A DNA stretch of 64,000 bases from Pirellulales bacterium. GTDB taxonomy: Bacteria; Planctomycetota; Planctomycetia; Pirellulales; JBFWUW01. Positions 37,465 to 46,742 of the stretch are shown in pieces. Under the pieces are notes generated by a model that did no database searches, was not told the DNA's origin, and worked only from the letters and a program-made list of their open reading frames with translations. Made by a program: the position numbers and the translations under genes. The DNA lies in assembly GCA_050247075.1 (NCBI GenBank), contig JBFWUW010000006.1, positions 37,492 through 101,491 on the forward strand. Reading direction: 5' to 3'. The stretch's first letter is position 1, and every line of letters starts with the position of its first letter.

Positions 37465-39621
37465 TTACCCTGTCTGTCCAAATTGCAGATCGTGCAGCCG
37501 TGCGTATAGGTCGGAACTGCGCAACAATTGCTCGTGCGTGCCAATGGCTTGAATGTGGCCGCCGTTCATCACCACGATCCGGTCGGCCAGGGCCAAGGTC
37601 GAAAGCCGGTGCGTTACAATGATGGTCGTTCGATTGCGCCGAAACTGCTCCAGGACTTTATGGATCAACTGTTCGCTTTCCAAGTCGATTTGGCTGGTTG
37701 CCTCGTCCAACAGCAACAACGGAGGGTCTCGCAAAATGGCCCGCGCCAAAGCAATACGCTGCCGCTGCCCCCCCGACAGCAGATTTCCCCTTGGGCCTAC
37801 CAACGACTCGTACCCGTCCGACAGCTTGTCCAAGATAAAGCGATGGGCCTTGGCTTGTTCCGCTGCCTGTTCAACCTGCTCGCGGGTAGCCCTGGGCGTG
37901 CCGTAGCGAATGTTGTTCAAAACGGTGTCGTCAAACAGCAGCGTTTCTTGCGTGACCAGGCCAATCTGCTGGCGAAGGTCTTTCATGCGGATGTCGCGCA
38001 GATCGGTGCCATCCAGCGTGACCTTGCCGGCCGACGGATCGAAGAACCGAGGAATCAGGTTTAGCAGCGTACTCTTGCCGCAGCCATTGGGGCCAACCAG
38101 GGCGATCGTCTCACCGAAGGGAATCCGCAAGTTGATATCTTCCAGCACGGGAATGCTGGGCCGATACCGAAAGCCAACTTTTTCCAGCGTAAGAGTTTTA
38201 TGATGCCGCGGCAGGCGTAGCGGATTGACGGCTTCGCGAACCGAGGGCTCGCGGTCGAGCATGGCGTAGATGCGGTCGCTGGCAGCGGCGGCACGCTGCA
38301 AACGGTTGAAGATTTCAGACAGCTTGCGGGCTGGGTCGCTCGTGCCCGCCAGCAATCCGTAAAACATCAATAGCGATCCCAAGCTCAATGGGCGGTCGCA
38401 CATGCGGATGCCCAGCAAGTGCGTTTCGCCCTTCAGCACCAGGTAGGCACCGGCCAGCAGCGCCAGGCAAATGGTGAGAATGCCCATAAATTCAATCGTT
38501 GGGCGGCCGAGCGATTCGTACCGCACGATGCGCATCGACTTGTGGAAAAATTGCTTGCTGATCTGGTGAAAGCGCCGCCGCTCGGCCCGCTCCATGGTGA
38601 ATGCCTTGACGACTTTGATGCCCTGTAAGGTTTGTTCCAGAATGGAGTAGATTTGTGACATTTCCTCCATGGCGCGGCGGTTGGCCCGTTTCAACAGGCG
38701 TGCCAACCGGTCGATCACATAGGCGGCCAAGGGGACAATAATCAGCGACAACACCAGCAGCCGCCAACAGACAAAGGCCGCGCCGATGAGGCAGGCAATC
38801 ATCTTCAGCGGTTCGCGAATGGCCTTGCCAAACAGCGAATTCATCCCTTCCGCCACGCTCTCCATATCGTAGGTGAAACGGCTCATGAGCTCGCCCACAC
38901 CATCGTTGTTGAAGGTGGCCATGTCCATTTGAAGCGTGCGGCGGTAGAAGTCGGTGCGCAGATTGAATGTCACCAACAGCGCCAGCCGGCTGGCCAACAT
39001 GGAGTTGCCAATCATGAAGCCGCACTTGAGCAGCGTTCCCAACATCAACAGGCCCAGTACCCACACCAGGGTGGCAAACGGCTCGGTCGGCAAATAGCGT
39101 TGCGCATAGGGCAGCACACGGCGATACCAGCCCGCCGCGCGCTCTTCGCTCGCCAGACGTGTTTCCGCCAGCCGAAGCTCGGACGCCAGTTTTTCTCGTT
39201 GCACGTCGGCCGGTTGCTGGGCCAGCCATTGAGCTTCGGTCTCACGGCGGCGCAAACCTTCCACCAATTGCCGCGATGCAGATGTGCCATTTTTCGCCCG
39301 CTCGGCAGCAGCCAGCTCAAGGCGAACCGTATTGCGATCGGCAACCATTGCCGCGGAAAGTTGGCCGTCGTCTAGCGACTGCCATCCTTGAATCTGGTCT
39401 ACCCGCCCTCGAAACTCGCGGGCTTGATCGTCCGACCGTTCGATTTCGGCGGTAGCCCATTCTTGCAGCGACTGGCCTTTGAAGATGACTTCGACAAACG
39501 GGTAAACCGCGCTGATGTTGCCACCCCAAAGAATGGCCACCATCAAGGCGCAAGTCAGCGACCCGAGGAATGACCAGCGGTGGCGCAGCGCCAGTTTAAG
39601 CGCTCGGGCAAAGTTCTGCAT
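37465..39621 (-). CDS. MsbA-type ABC exporter (fused TMD-NBD) with a ~150-aa hydrophilic insertion between TM1 and TM2
   Basis: 718 aa. Contains Walker A GPNGCGKST, signature LSGGQRQR, Walker B LLLLDEATS. The insert is KGQSLQEWATAEIERSDDQAREF...ERAAGWYRRVLPYAQRY. Confidence 0.85.
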   Translation of the reverse strand: MQNFARALKLALRHRWSFLGSLTCALMVAILWGGNISAVYPFVEVIFKGQSLQEWATAEIERSDDQAREFRGRVDQIQGWQSLDDGQLSAAMVADRNTVRLELAAAERAKNGTSASRQLVEGLRRRETEAQWLAQQPADVQREKLASELRLAETRLASEERAAGWYRRVLPYAQRYLPTEPFATLVWVLGLLMLGTLLKCGFMIGNSMLASRLALLVTFNLRTDFYRRTLQMDMATFNNDGVGELMSRFTYDMESVAEGMNSLFGKAIREPLKMIACLIGAAFVCWRLLVLSLIIVPLAAYVIDRLARLLKRANRRAMEEMSQIYSILEQTLQGIKVVKAFTMERAERRRFHQISKQFFHKSMRIVRYESLGRPTIEFMGILTICLALLAGAYLVLKGETHLLGIRMCDRPLSLGSLLMFYGLLAGTSDPARKLSEIFNRLQRAAAASDRIYAMLDREPSVREAVNPLRLPRHHKTLTLEKVGFRYRPSIPVLEDINLRIPFGETIALVGPNGCGKSTLLNLIPRFFDPSAGKVTLDGTDLRDIRMKDLRQQIGLVTQETLLFDDTVLNNIRYGTPRATREQVEQAAEQAKAHRFILDKLSDGYESLVGPRGNLLSGGQRQRIALARAILRDPPLLLLDEATSQIDLESEQLIHKVLEQFRRNRTTIIVTHRLSTLALADRIVVMNGGHIQAIGTHEQLLRSSDLYARLHDLQFGQTG

Positions 39622-40053
39622 TCAGGCACCGTCCGTGGTGCGATCCGCGACGTTTTCCAGCCTGGCACACGACGCCGGCCGCTAACAGGGCAGCCTTGTA
39701 CCATAACTACCGCTCTGCAACCAAGCCCGACGGCAATCGAAGGCTGGCCAAGGGCTTCGGTAAGGCCGGATTTAATGATAGTGCCGGCATGTAGCATCAC
39801 CAATCATGATGCATGGCCAAGTTTAGGCCCCAAACGGTCGTTCTGGCGTCAGTTCGAGCGGTATCATCACGCACGGGGCCTCTTAAATTATCTATTCTTC
39901 TCACTCTTCTTGTATTAACATAGGAGATCAGGAAAGCTGCGGCAATGCACACCAAACGCTTGACGTGGCAGATAGTTAGATCAATGGATGGAGGGGCCAT
40001 TGGAACGGCTTAACATCAATGCGGTCGAATCTGAATAGCCCGTTGAAGAGACC
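39622..40053. promoter_or_regulatory. Divergent promoter region between the export operon and the biosynthetic operon
   Basis: A 432-nt non-coding spacer between two divergent starts. It includes a visibly AT-richer stretch (about 39880..40020). No specific promoter boxes can be assigned. Confidence 0.45.
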
Positions 40054-41460
40054 ATGACACAGCCCCTGCCGCTGACGCCGTTTGAGGAGTACATGCTCTG
40101 CGACGACCGGCCTGCGCACCCCATGACGGGCTTCTTTCGGCTCCGGTTTTCTGGGCGGTTGGAACGGCCCTCCTTGGAAGCCGCCCTTAGGCTGGCCGTA
40201 TCGCGGCATCCCTTGACGCATTGCAAAGTGCAATCCTGCGGCGGAAAACTAGCTTGGGTGCCTGATGACGGGTTTTCGCTGAAGCTAGAGTGTTGCACCG
40301 CCACTCCCGACCGGCAGTATCCCCGCGCCGGTGCCATGGACCTGACGGCAGCCGCCGGCACCCGGTGCTGGCTGGTCGAGCGCCCGGAGGGGCATGATCT
40401 GGTGGTGCAGATGCACCACTCGGTGACGGACGCCCTGGGAATGTGCCAATTCATCGAGGATGTTCTGCTGGAGTATGCCCGCTTGACAGGCACGGCTGAG
40501 GCGGGCCTTCAATTGCGCGAAATGGACGAAAGTAAGCTGCCTGGACGAAACAAGTTCGGCCTGACATGGGGCCAGTTGCTGCGATTACTGCCACGGCAGA
40601 TGATTGGTCTTTTGGGTGCGCGGCAGGCCCTCATGCGGCGGCCATCCCGCCTGTTGCCAGAGTGTGAAGACTCCTCGGATACCGCAAGGTCCCCTGGTGA
40701 AACCGCGGGCTGTTTTCCCTCGCCCCGTACATTCGTCTTTTCCCCCGGCGAAACCCGGGAGATATTGCAGGCGGCCAAACGGCGCAAAGTGACGGTAAAC
40801 GACCTGCTGGCCCGCGACCTGTTTCTGGCCGTAGGCGAACTGCGCAAGCGGGCGGCATGCGAAACTCCGCGAGACTGGCTGCGGTTCTCGGTCCCCATGA
40901 ATCTTCGCACGCCGGACGACGAGCGGCTGAGCGTGGCCAACGTCGTGAGCATGATTTTTCTCGACCGGCGGCCCGCTGACCTGGACGATGCCGACAAGCT
41001 GTTGCGGTCCATTCAGGATGAAATGCAACTCATCAAGCGTAACCGCCTATCGTTGACGTTCGTGCTGTCGCTGGCCGTGGCACGGCTGTTTCCTGGGGGG
41101 GTACGCAAAATGGTACCTGACAACCGCTGTTGGGCGACCGCCATTTTTTCCAACCTGGGGGTCATTTTCACCAACACTCCCTTACCGCGCCGCGACGGCA
41201 AGCTGTTGCTGGGCGACGTGACGTTGGACGAACTCGACTTTGTCACACCATTGCGTCCCCATACGGCCGCGGCCTGCTGCATCTACACCTATGCGGGCCG
41301 GTTGTTCGTGATGATGCATTGCGACCCGCGTTCGCTGTCGGACGGGCAAACTGACGAGTTGATGGCTGGCTACGTGGCACGGATCCGCGAAAGCATCCAC
41401 ACGGGTAGTGTTGCCCAGTCACCAAACGCCGAAATGTCAGCAGCTACGTGTCCCTCATGA
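40054..41460 (+). CDS. Stand-alone condensation/WS-DGAT/PapA-type acyltransferase (HHxxxD catalytic motif)
   Basis: 468 aa with the ATG preceded by GAAGAG. Contains LVVQMHHSVTDALGMCQFIED, the HHxxxD(G/A) motif of the CoA-dependent acyltransferase superfamily. The size matches a single C domain. Confidence 0.65.
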   Translation: MTQPLPLTPFEEYMLCDDRPAHPMTGFFRLRFSGRLERPSLEAALRLAVSRHPLTHCKVQSCGGKLAWVPDDGFSLKLECCTATPDRQYPRAGAMDLTAAAGTRCWLVERPEGHDLVVQMHHSVTDALGMCQFIEDVLLEYARLTGTAEAGLQLREMDESKLPGRNKFGLTWGQLLRLLPRQMIGLLGARQALMRRPSRLLPECEDSSDTARSPGETAGCFPSPRTFVFSPGETREILQAAKRRKVTVNDLLARDLFLAVGELRKRAACETPRDWLRFSVPMNLRTPDDERLSVANVVSMIFLDRRPADLDDADKLLRSIQDEMQLIKRNRLSLTFVLSLAVARLFPGGVRKMVPDNRCWATAIFSNLGVIFTNTPLPRRDGKLLLGDVTLDELDFVTPLRPHTAAACCIYTYAGRLFVMMHCDPRSLSDGQTDELMAGYVARIRESIHTGSVAQSPNAEMSAATCPS

Positions 41461-41486
41461 ATTCGTGCCAGTAGGAATTTACGCCT

Positions 41487-43073
41487 GTGAAAACCGCCGA
41501 TATTCCGCAGTATTACAACGCCGCCAGTATTTTGGAACGCAATCTTGGCCGGCGCGCTGACAAGACGGCGCTGTTCTCGGCTGAACGCGAGATGACCTTC
41601 GCGCAGGTCGTGGCGGAAGCCAACCGCGTGGGAAACGCATTACTGCGTCTGGGCGTCCGGCCGGGTGAAGCGGTGGGAATCCTGGCACCCGATTGCGCCG
41701 AGTGGGTGACATCGTTCTTTGGCATTCTTAAGGCGGGCGCGGTCGCCGTCAGCTTGAACACACTGCTCAAGCCGGCCGAACATGCCTACGTGGCGCAAGA
41801 TTCCCGGCTGCGGGTGCTGATTGTCCATCAGTCCCTGCTGCCGATGATTCAGCCGGTTCGTGACGGGCTGGCTGGCATCGAACGCGTTATCGTCATCGGC
41901 AACTCCTCGGCGGGTTCAGCCGCCGGGCGGGAAGATATTCGGTTTGAAGATTGGATCAGCCAAGAATCGGAGGAATTGACGGCCGCGCGGACACACCGGG
42001 AAGATATTTGCACATTGAACTACTCCAGCGGTACGACGGGCGGCCCCAAGGGGATTCCCCACGCCCACAAGGACTTGTTGCTGACAGCCCAGTTATGGGG
42101 CGTGGAGGTATTGGGCCTGCGGGAGAGCGACCGCACGTTCGCGGCGGCCAAGCTCTTCTTTACCTATGCCACAGGTGGCAATCTGCTGTTTCCGTGGCAC
42201 GTTGGCGCTAGCGTGGTGTTGATGTCGGCCCCCCCCAGGATCGCCACGAATGTCCTGGAGACAATTGCCCGTTTTCAGCCCACGATTCACTTCAACGCGC
42301 CGACTGGTTACGCCTCGATGTTGGCCGTGAACGATTTGGAACAGTTCGATCTTTCTTCGTTGCGGCTGTGCGTATCGGCCGGCGAAGCCTTGCCCGCACC
42401 GATCTGGCACGACTGGAAGGACCGCACCGGACTTGACATCATCGACGGCATCGGCTCGACGGAGGTCTATCACATATTCCTCTCGAACCGTCCCAACGAT
42501 ATTCGCCCCGGCAGCAGCGGCAAGCCAATGGCGGGCTATGATCTGCGGATCGTGGATGATGCCGGGCAAGATGTCCCCAAGGGCGAGGTCGGCAACTTGT
42601 GGGTGCGCGGCGAATCGACTTCGCTGAGCTACTGGCACAATGCCGAGCAGAGCCGGCGGACCTTCTTGGGGCCGTGGCTGGTGACGGGGGACAAGTACTT
42701 CCAGGACGAGGATGGCTACTTTTGGCATGCCGGCCGCGCGGACGACATGCTGAAAGTGGGCGGCATTTGGGTCTCGCCCACGGAAGTGGAAAGCACGTTG
42801 CTGGGCCATTCAGCCGTGCAAGAATGCGCCGTGGTGGGGCAGGTCGATCACTCGGACCTGATCAAGCCCAAGGCCTACGTCGTTCTCAAGGCCGGCCATG
42901 CCGCCGGCGACGATTTGATCTTGGAACTGATCGCCCACTGCAAAAGCAAGATGGCCGAGTACAAACGCCCGCGTTGGATCGAGTTTGTGTCGGAACTGCC
43001 CAAAACCGCAACCGGCAAAGTGCAGCGTTACAAGTTGCGGGCGGCCGCCGCGGCACTGGCCAGCCAAGTGTAG
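41487..43073 (+). CDS. Benzoate-CoA ligase-family aryl/acyl-CoA ligase (adenylate-forming)
   Basis: 528 aa with a GTG start and AGGAA upstream. Contains YNAASILERNL, LNYSSGTTGGPKGIPH, FAAAKLFFTYATGGNL, DGIGSTEVYHIFLSN, GDKYFQDEDGYFWHAGRADDMLKVGGIWVSP, PKTATGKVQRYKLR. It aligns closely, from memory, to BadA/HbaA-type ligases. Confidence 0.88.
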   Translation: MKTADIPQYYNAASILERNLGRRADKTALFSAEREMTFAQVVAEANRVGNALLRLGVRPGEAVGILAPDCAEWVTSFFGILKAGAVAVSLNTLLKPAEHAYVAQDSRLRVLIVHQSLLPMIQPVRDGLAGIERVIVIGNSSAGSAAGREDIRFEDWISQESEELTAARTHREDICTLNYSSGTTGGPKGIPHAHKDLLLTAQLWGVEVLGLRESDRTFAAAKLFFTYATGGNLLFPWHVGASVVLMSAPPRIATNVLETIARFQPTIHFNAPTGYASMLAVNDLEQFDLSSLRLCVSAGEALPAPIWHDWKDRTGLDIIDGIGSTEVYHIFLSNRPNDIRPGSSGKPMAGYDLRIVDDAGQDVPKGEVGNLWVRGESTSLSYWHNAEQSRRTFLGPWLVTGDKYFQDEDGYFWHAGRADDMLKVGGIWVSPTEVESTLLGHSAVQECAVVGQVDHSDLIKPKAYVVLKAGHAAGDDLILELIAHCKSKMAEYKRPRWIEFVSELPKTATGKVQRYKLRAAAAALASQV

Positions 43074-43132
43074 CCAGGCAATTGCCCGGCTGGGCAGGAT
43101 CGTAATTCCGTTTTCCCTCCGAAGATTCCGCC

Positions 43133-44188
43133 ATGTCCGCCGTTTCCGAAAACCCTCCCATGTCCGCCACAGATCGGCTACGGCCTCCACCACCGTTGGT
43201 TCCGCCGCCGCTGGATGACACCCCGCGGATTATCGGCATGTTGGCGCAGGTTTTGGATCTGCCTTACGAAACCGTGCGGAAGATTCTTTGGCAGAACGAA
43301 CATGATCATGGCAGCATCTTTCGCCAGGAGTTCGTGCAGGCCGGTCTAATGCCCTACGTTTGGAGCGATGCGCTGGAACGGTTTTACGCCGACACCGATT
43401 GCTATCTGCATGGGGCTGTGATGTGGAACCGCCGGCCGGCCAAACTGCAAATGCGCGGTTGGATCGGCGATTATCTTGCGCGAGACGGCCAGCCGCTGGA
43501 TGTATTGACGGTAGGCGACGGGCCGGGCTTCGACAGCCAATACCTGGCCGATTGGGGCCATCGCGTGACGTATTCTGAAATCTCTCCCAAGTGCATGCAA
43601 TTCGCCCGTCAAATGTTGGCCACCGCCGCGACGCCCGCGCGGATTGTTGAGGGCGTGGAATCGGTCGAGCCGGAGTCGCAAGACGTGGTACTCTGCTTGG
43701 ACGTGCTGGAGCATCTGCCTGACCCTGGCTGGATGGTCTCCAAGATCGTGCGTTGTTTGCGCCCCGGCGGACGGTTCATTGTCCATGCGCCTTTCTTTTT
43801 CGTGTCGCCCGCGAATCCGACGCATCTTGCGTCCAATCGCAAGTACAGCGGCGACTGGCGCAAACTTTATGGTAAGCATGGCCTGCGTCCCGTGGATGGC
43901 AGCCTGTTCTGGGATCCGCTGGTGCTGCTTAAGCAGATACCGAACGAACCCGCGCCTCGCGTACCGTGGCGAACCCGAGTGCGGCTAGCCTTCGGGCAAT
44001 GGCTGTTGACGATCGGACGCCACTGGAACGGCCCGCACAATTTCATCGCCCATCGGATGATGTTCGACCGCGACGACCGCTGGATCAATGAACTTTCCGC
44101 GCTGGCCGACGCCCACGATGTCAGAGGCGTTTCCATTGCCGAAGGCGGACAAGATAATTCCTCAACAAAAACTGACGGCCCGGCTTAA
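43133..44188 (+). CDS. Class I SAM-dependent methyltransferase
   Basis: 351 aa. Motif I VLTVGDGPGFDS, then VVLCLDVLEHLPDP...LRPGGRFIV. Confidence 0.8.
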   Translation: MSAVSENPPMSATDRLRPPPPLVPPPLDDTPRIIGMLAQVLDLPYETVRKILWQNEHDHGSIFRQEFVQAGLMPYVWSDALERFYADTDCYLHGAVMWNRRPAKLQMRGWIGDYLARDGQPLDVLTVGDGPGFDSQYLADWGHRVTYSEISPKCMQFARQMLATAATPARIVEGVESVEPESQDVVLCLDVLEHLPDPGWMVSKIVRCLRPGGRFIVHAPFFFVSPANPTHLASNRKYSGDWRKLYGKHGLRPVDGSLFWDPLVLLKQIPNEPAPRVPWRTRVRLAFGQWLLTIGRHWNGPHNFIAHRMMFDRDDRWINELSALADAHDVRGVSIAEGGQDNSSTKTDGPA

Positions 44189-44200
44189 TCACACACGACG

Positions 44201-45454
44201 TTGGAACTCCTCGCCAAAATCTCGATTGTCGTTCTAGCCGTGTTGGCCGTGGGCCAAACCGCGCTCGTTTGCGGCTTTGTCCGCAAGCTAGCGGGTTGGC
44301 GGCAGCCAAGGCTGCCCGACGAAAAGTGCCCGCCCGCGGTCGTTATTCTGTGCCTGCGAGGCACCGATCCTTTCCTGTCGCGTTGCATCGATGCCATTTT
44401 GGACCAGGATTACCCGCGATACGAATTGCGAATCATCGTCGATCACCCTGACGACCCCGCGCGGGCCGTGGCCGAGGCATCGTTGGCCAACCGGCCCCAC
44501 GCTCCCGCCCGGTTGGAATTCTTGCGGGAACGCCGCGAATCGTGCAGCCTTAAATGCAGCAGCGTGGTGCAAGCCATGCGGGGATTGGACCCCACGGTTG
44601 AGTTTGTAGCGCAGCTCGATGCCGACACGATTCCGCATCGCACCTGGCTGCGCGAACTAGCTGCCCCATTTCAAGACGGCAAAGTTGGCGCGGCCACGGG
44701 CAATCGCTGGTATATGCCAGAACAGCCTTCCTGGGGGGCGCTGGTTCGCTACGTCTGGAACGCCGCCGCCGTGGTGCAAATGTACTGGTATCGTATTGCC
44801 TGGGGGGGGACGCTGGCGGTGCGCGCCAGCATTTTGCGAGATTCCGACCTCTTGGAACGCTGGGGACAGGCGTTTTGCGAGGACACGATGCTGTTTCGCG
44901 TGCTGGGCCAGCAAGGGATGCGGGTGGAGTTTGTCCCTTCGTTGATGATGGTCAATCGCGAGAATTGCAGCCTGACGGGCTTTGTCCGCTGGATGCGGCG
45001 GCAACTTCTGACGGCCCGGCTGTATCATCCTCGCTGGCCAGCGGTCGTGGCCCACGGAATTGGCACCAGCCTGGCCTTGGCAGCCGCGCTGGTGGTGGCC
45101 GCGTGGGGGGCGCTGCAAGGCCAAATGCAAACCGCGGCTTGGCTGCTGGGGGCACTGGCCATTTACGAAGGCCTGATGATCGGCGCGGTGGTTTGGATTG
45201 AGCTTCGCATGCGTGCCATCGTGGCGGCGCGCGGCGAGCCTACCTCGTGGATCGACGGCAAGACCGGGCTGTACTGGCTATTGGCCTACCCCGTTCTGCA
45301 GTTCACCTATCCCTGGGTGCTGCTGGCGGCCATGCGTTTCCGCCAAGTTGAATGGCGCGGCGTGACGTATGCGGTCGATGGGCCGTGGCAAATTCGCCTG
45401 ACGAAATACGAACCGTTCGCGGCATCTCGCGAATCTACACTGACCTCGCTTTGA
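44201..45454 (+). CDS. Membrane GT2/GT21 (ceramide glucosyltransferase / HpnI-like) glycosyltransferase, paralog 1
   Basis: 417 aa with a TTG start in the track. N-terminal TM, then VVILCLRGTDPFLSRCIDAILDQDYPRYELRIIVD, QLDADT, GNRWY, a (Q/R)xxRW-like FVRWMRRQ, and C-terminal TM helices. Confidence 0.75.
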   Translation: MELLAKISIVVLAVLAVGQTALVCGFVRKLAGWRQPRLPDEKCPPAVVILCLRGTDPFLSRCIDAILDQDYPRYELRIIVDHPDDPARAVAEASLANRPHAPARLEFLRERRESCSLKCSSVVQAMRGLDPTVEFVAQLDADTIPHRTWLRELAAPFQDGKVGAATGNRWYMPEQPSWGALVRYVWNAAAVVQMYWYRIAWGGTLAVRASILRDSDLLERWGQAFCEDTMLFRVLGQQGMRVEFVPSLMMVNRENCSLTGFVRWMRRQLLTARLYHPRWPAVVAHGIGTSLALAAALVVAAWGALQGQMQTAAWLLGALAIYEGLMIGAVVWIELRMRAIVAARGEPTSWIDGKTGLYWLLAYPVLQFTYPWVLLAAMRFRQVEWRGVTYAVDGPWQIRLTKYEPFAASRESTLTSL

Positions 45455-45473
45455 TCACTAGAACCAACGAACC

Positions 45474-46742
45474 ATGCCCACCTTGCTTACATTCACGATT
45501 GCCATTTCCGCGGTCCTTATCGGCATGGCCCTGTTTCAGGGAGTGGCGGCCGCCGTGTTCGTGCGGCTGTTTTTTAAGTCCGCGCCGCCGCGCCAGCCCG
45601 ATGCTGAATTGCCGCGAGTTTCCATTTTGTTGTCCTTGCGCGGGGCCGATCCCCATTTAGCCCAGGGCTTGCAGAAGCTCATGTCGCAGGACTATCCCCA
45701 TTACGAGTTGCGAATCGTCGTCGATAGCCAGGAAGACCCTTCGTGCGGGGTCGTGCGGCAGGCGGTTGCCCGCACCGGCTTTCAGAAAGTGGCCGTCAGC
45801 CCCTTGCATAGCCGCAGCGACCGGTGCGGCCTGAAAAACGCCGCCTTGGTGCAAATGGCCGGCGATCTGCCGCCAGAGGCTGAAGTCGTGGTTCTGGCCG
45901 ACGCCGACCTGGTGTCGCACGCTGGCTGGCTGCGCGAACTGGTTGCGCCCTTGGCCGATCCCCGGGTTGGCGCTGCACATGGCAACCGCTGGTTTTGGCC
46001 CCGCCGCGCTTCGTTTGGCTCACTGGTGCGCTACTTGTGGAATTCCGCTGCCGTCGTGCCGATGTACGCCCTGGAAATCCCCTGGGGCGGGACTTTCGCC
46101 ATCCGGGCCGAAGTGCTGCGCGACTCGGGGCTGCTGGACAAGTGGAGCAAGTCGGTCGTGGAGGATGCGCCGGTGCGCACGGCACTGGCCGAGCGCGGGC
46201 TGCGGCTCAAGTTTGTCCCTTCCTTGATGATGGTCAATCGAGAGGAATGCAATCTGCCATTCAGCCTGGATTTCATCAAACGGCAGATGACCTGGACCAA
46301 GATCTACCATCCGCAATGGATCCAGGCCGCGGCCCACGCCGTGGCCACCTCATTGGTACTGGCCGGCGCATTCGTGATGCTCGCCGTGGGGCTGCTGACC
46401 GGACAAAACGAAATAGCCGCCTGGGCGGGCGGCGGGCTGGCGGCCTATGCGGCGGGCATGTTGCTGTTGTTGGCCTTGATTGAGACAGGCGTGCGCCGCG
46501 TGATTCGTACCCGCGGCGAGGCCGTGCATCAGTTCTCGCCAGGCGAATGGTTGAAAATCATCGCGGCCATCCCTTTGACGCAGGCCGTTTATCTGGCCGC
46601 CGTATTGCTGGCCATGTTTCGCAGCACGGTTGCCTGGCGGGGCGTGATCTATGAGATTCGCGGCCCGTGGGACATTCGCTTGATTCAATACCGCCCTTAC
46701 GAGCAAGCAACCCCCACGGCCAACGCCAATGTCTCTCTATGA
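45474..46742 (+). CDS. Membrane GT2/GT21-like glycosyltransferase, paralog 2
   Basis: 422 aa. Contains VSILLSLRGADPHLAQGLQKLMSQDYPHYELRIVVD, LADADL, GNRWF, PSLMMVNREEC. By eye it is about half identical to the preceding gene along its full length. Confidence 0.75.
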   Translation: MPTLLTFTIAISAVLIGMALFQGVAAAVFVRLFFKSAPPRQPDAELPRVSILLSLRGADPHLAQGLQKLMSQDYPHYELRIVVDSQEDPSCGVVRQAVARTGFQKVAVSPLHSRSDRCGLKNAALVQMAGDLPPEAEVVVLADADLVSHAGWLRELVAPLADPRVGAAHGNRWFWPRRASFGSLVRYLWNSAAVVPMYALEIPWGGTFAIRAEVLRDSGLLDKWSKSVVEDAPVRTALAERGLRLKFVPSLMMVNREECNLPFSLDFIKRQMTWTKIYHPQWIQAAAHAVATSLVLAGAFVMLAVGLLTGQNEIAAWAGGGLAAYAAGMLLLLALIETGVRRVIRTRGEAVHQFSPGEWLKIIAAIPLTQAVYLAAVLLAMFRSTVAWRGVIYEIRGPWDIRLIQYRPYEQATPTANANVSL

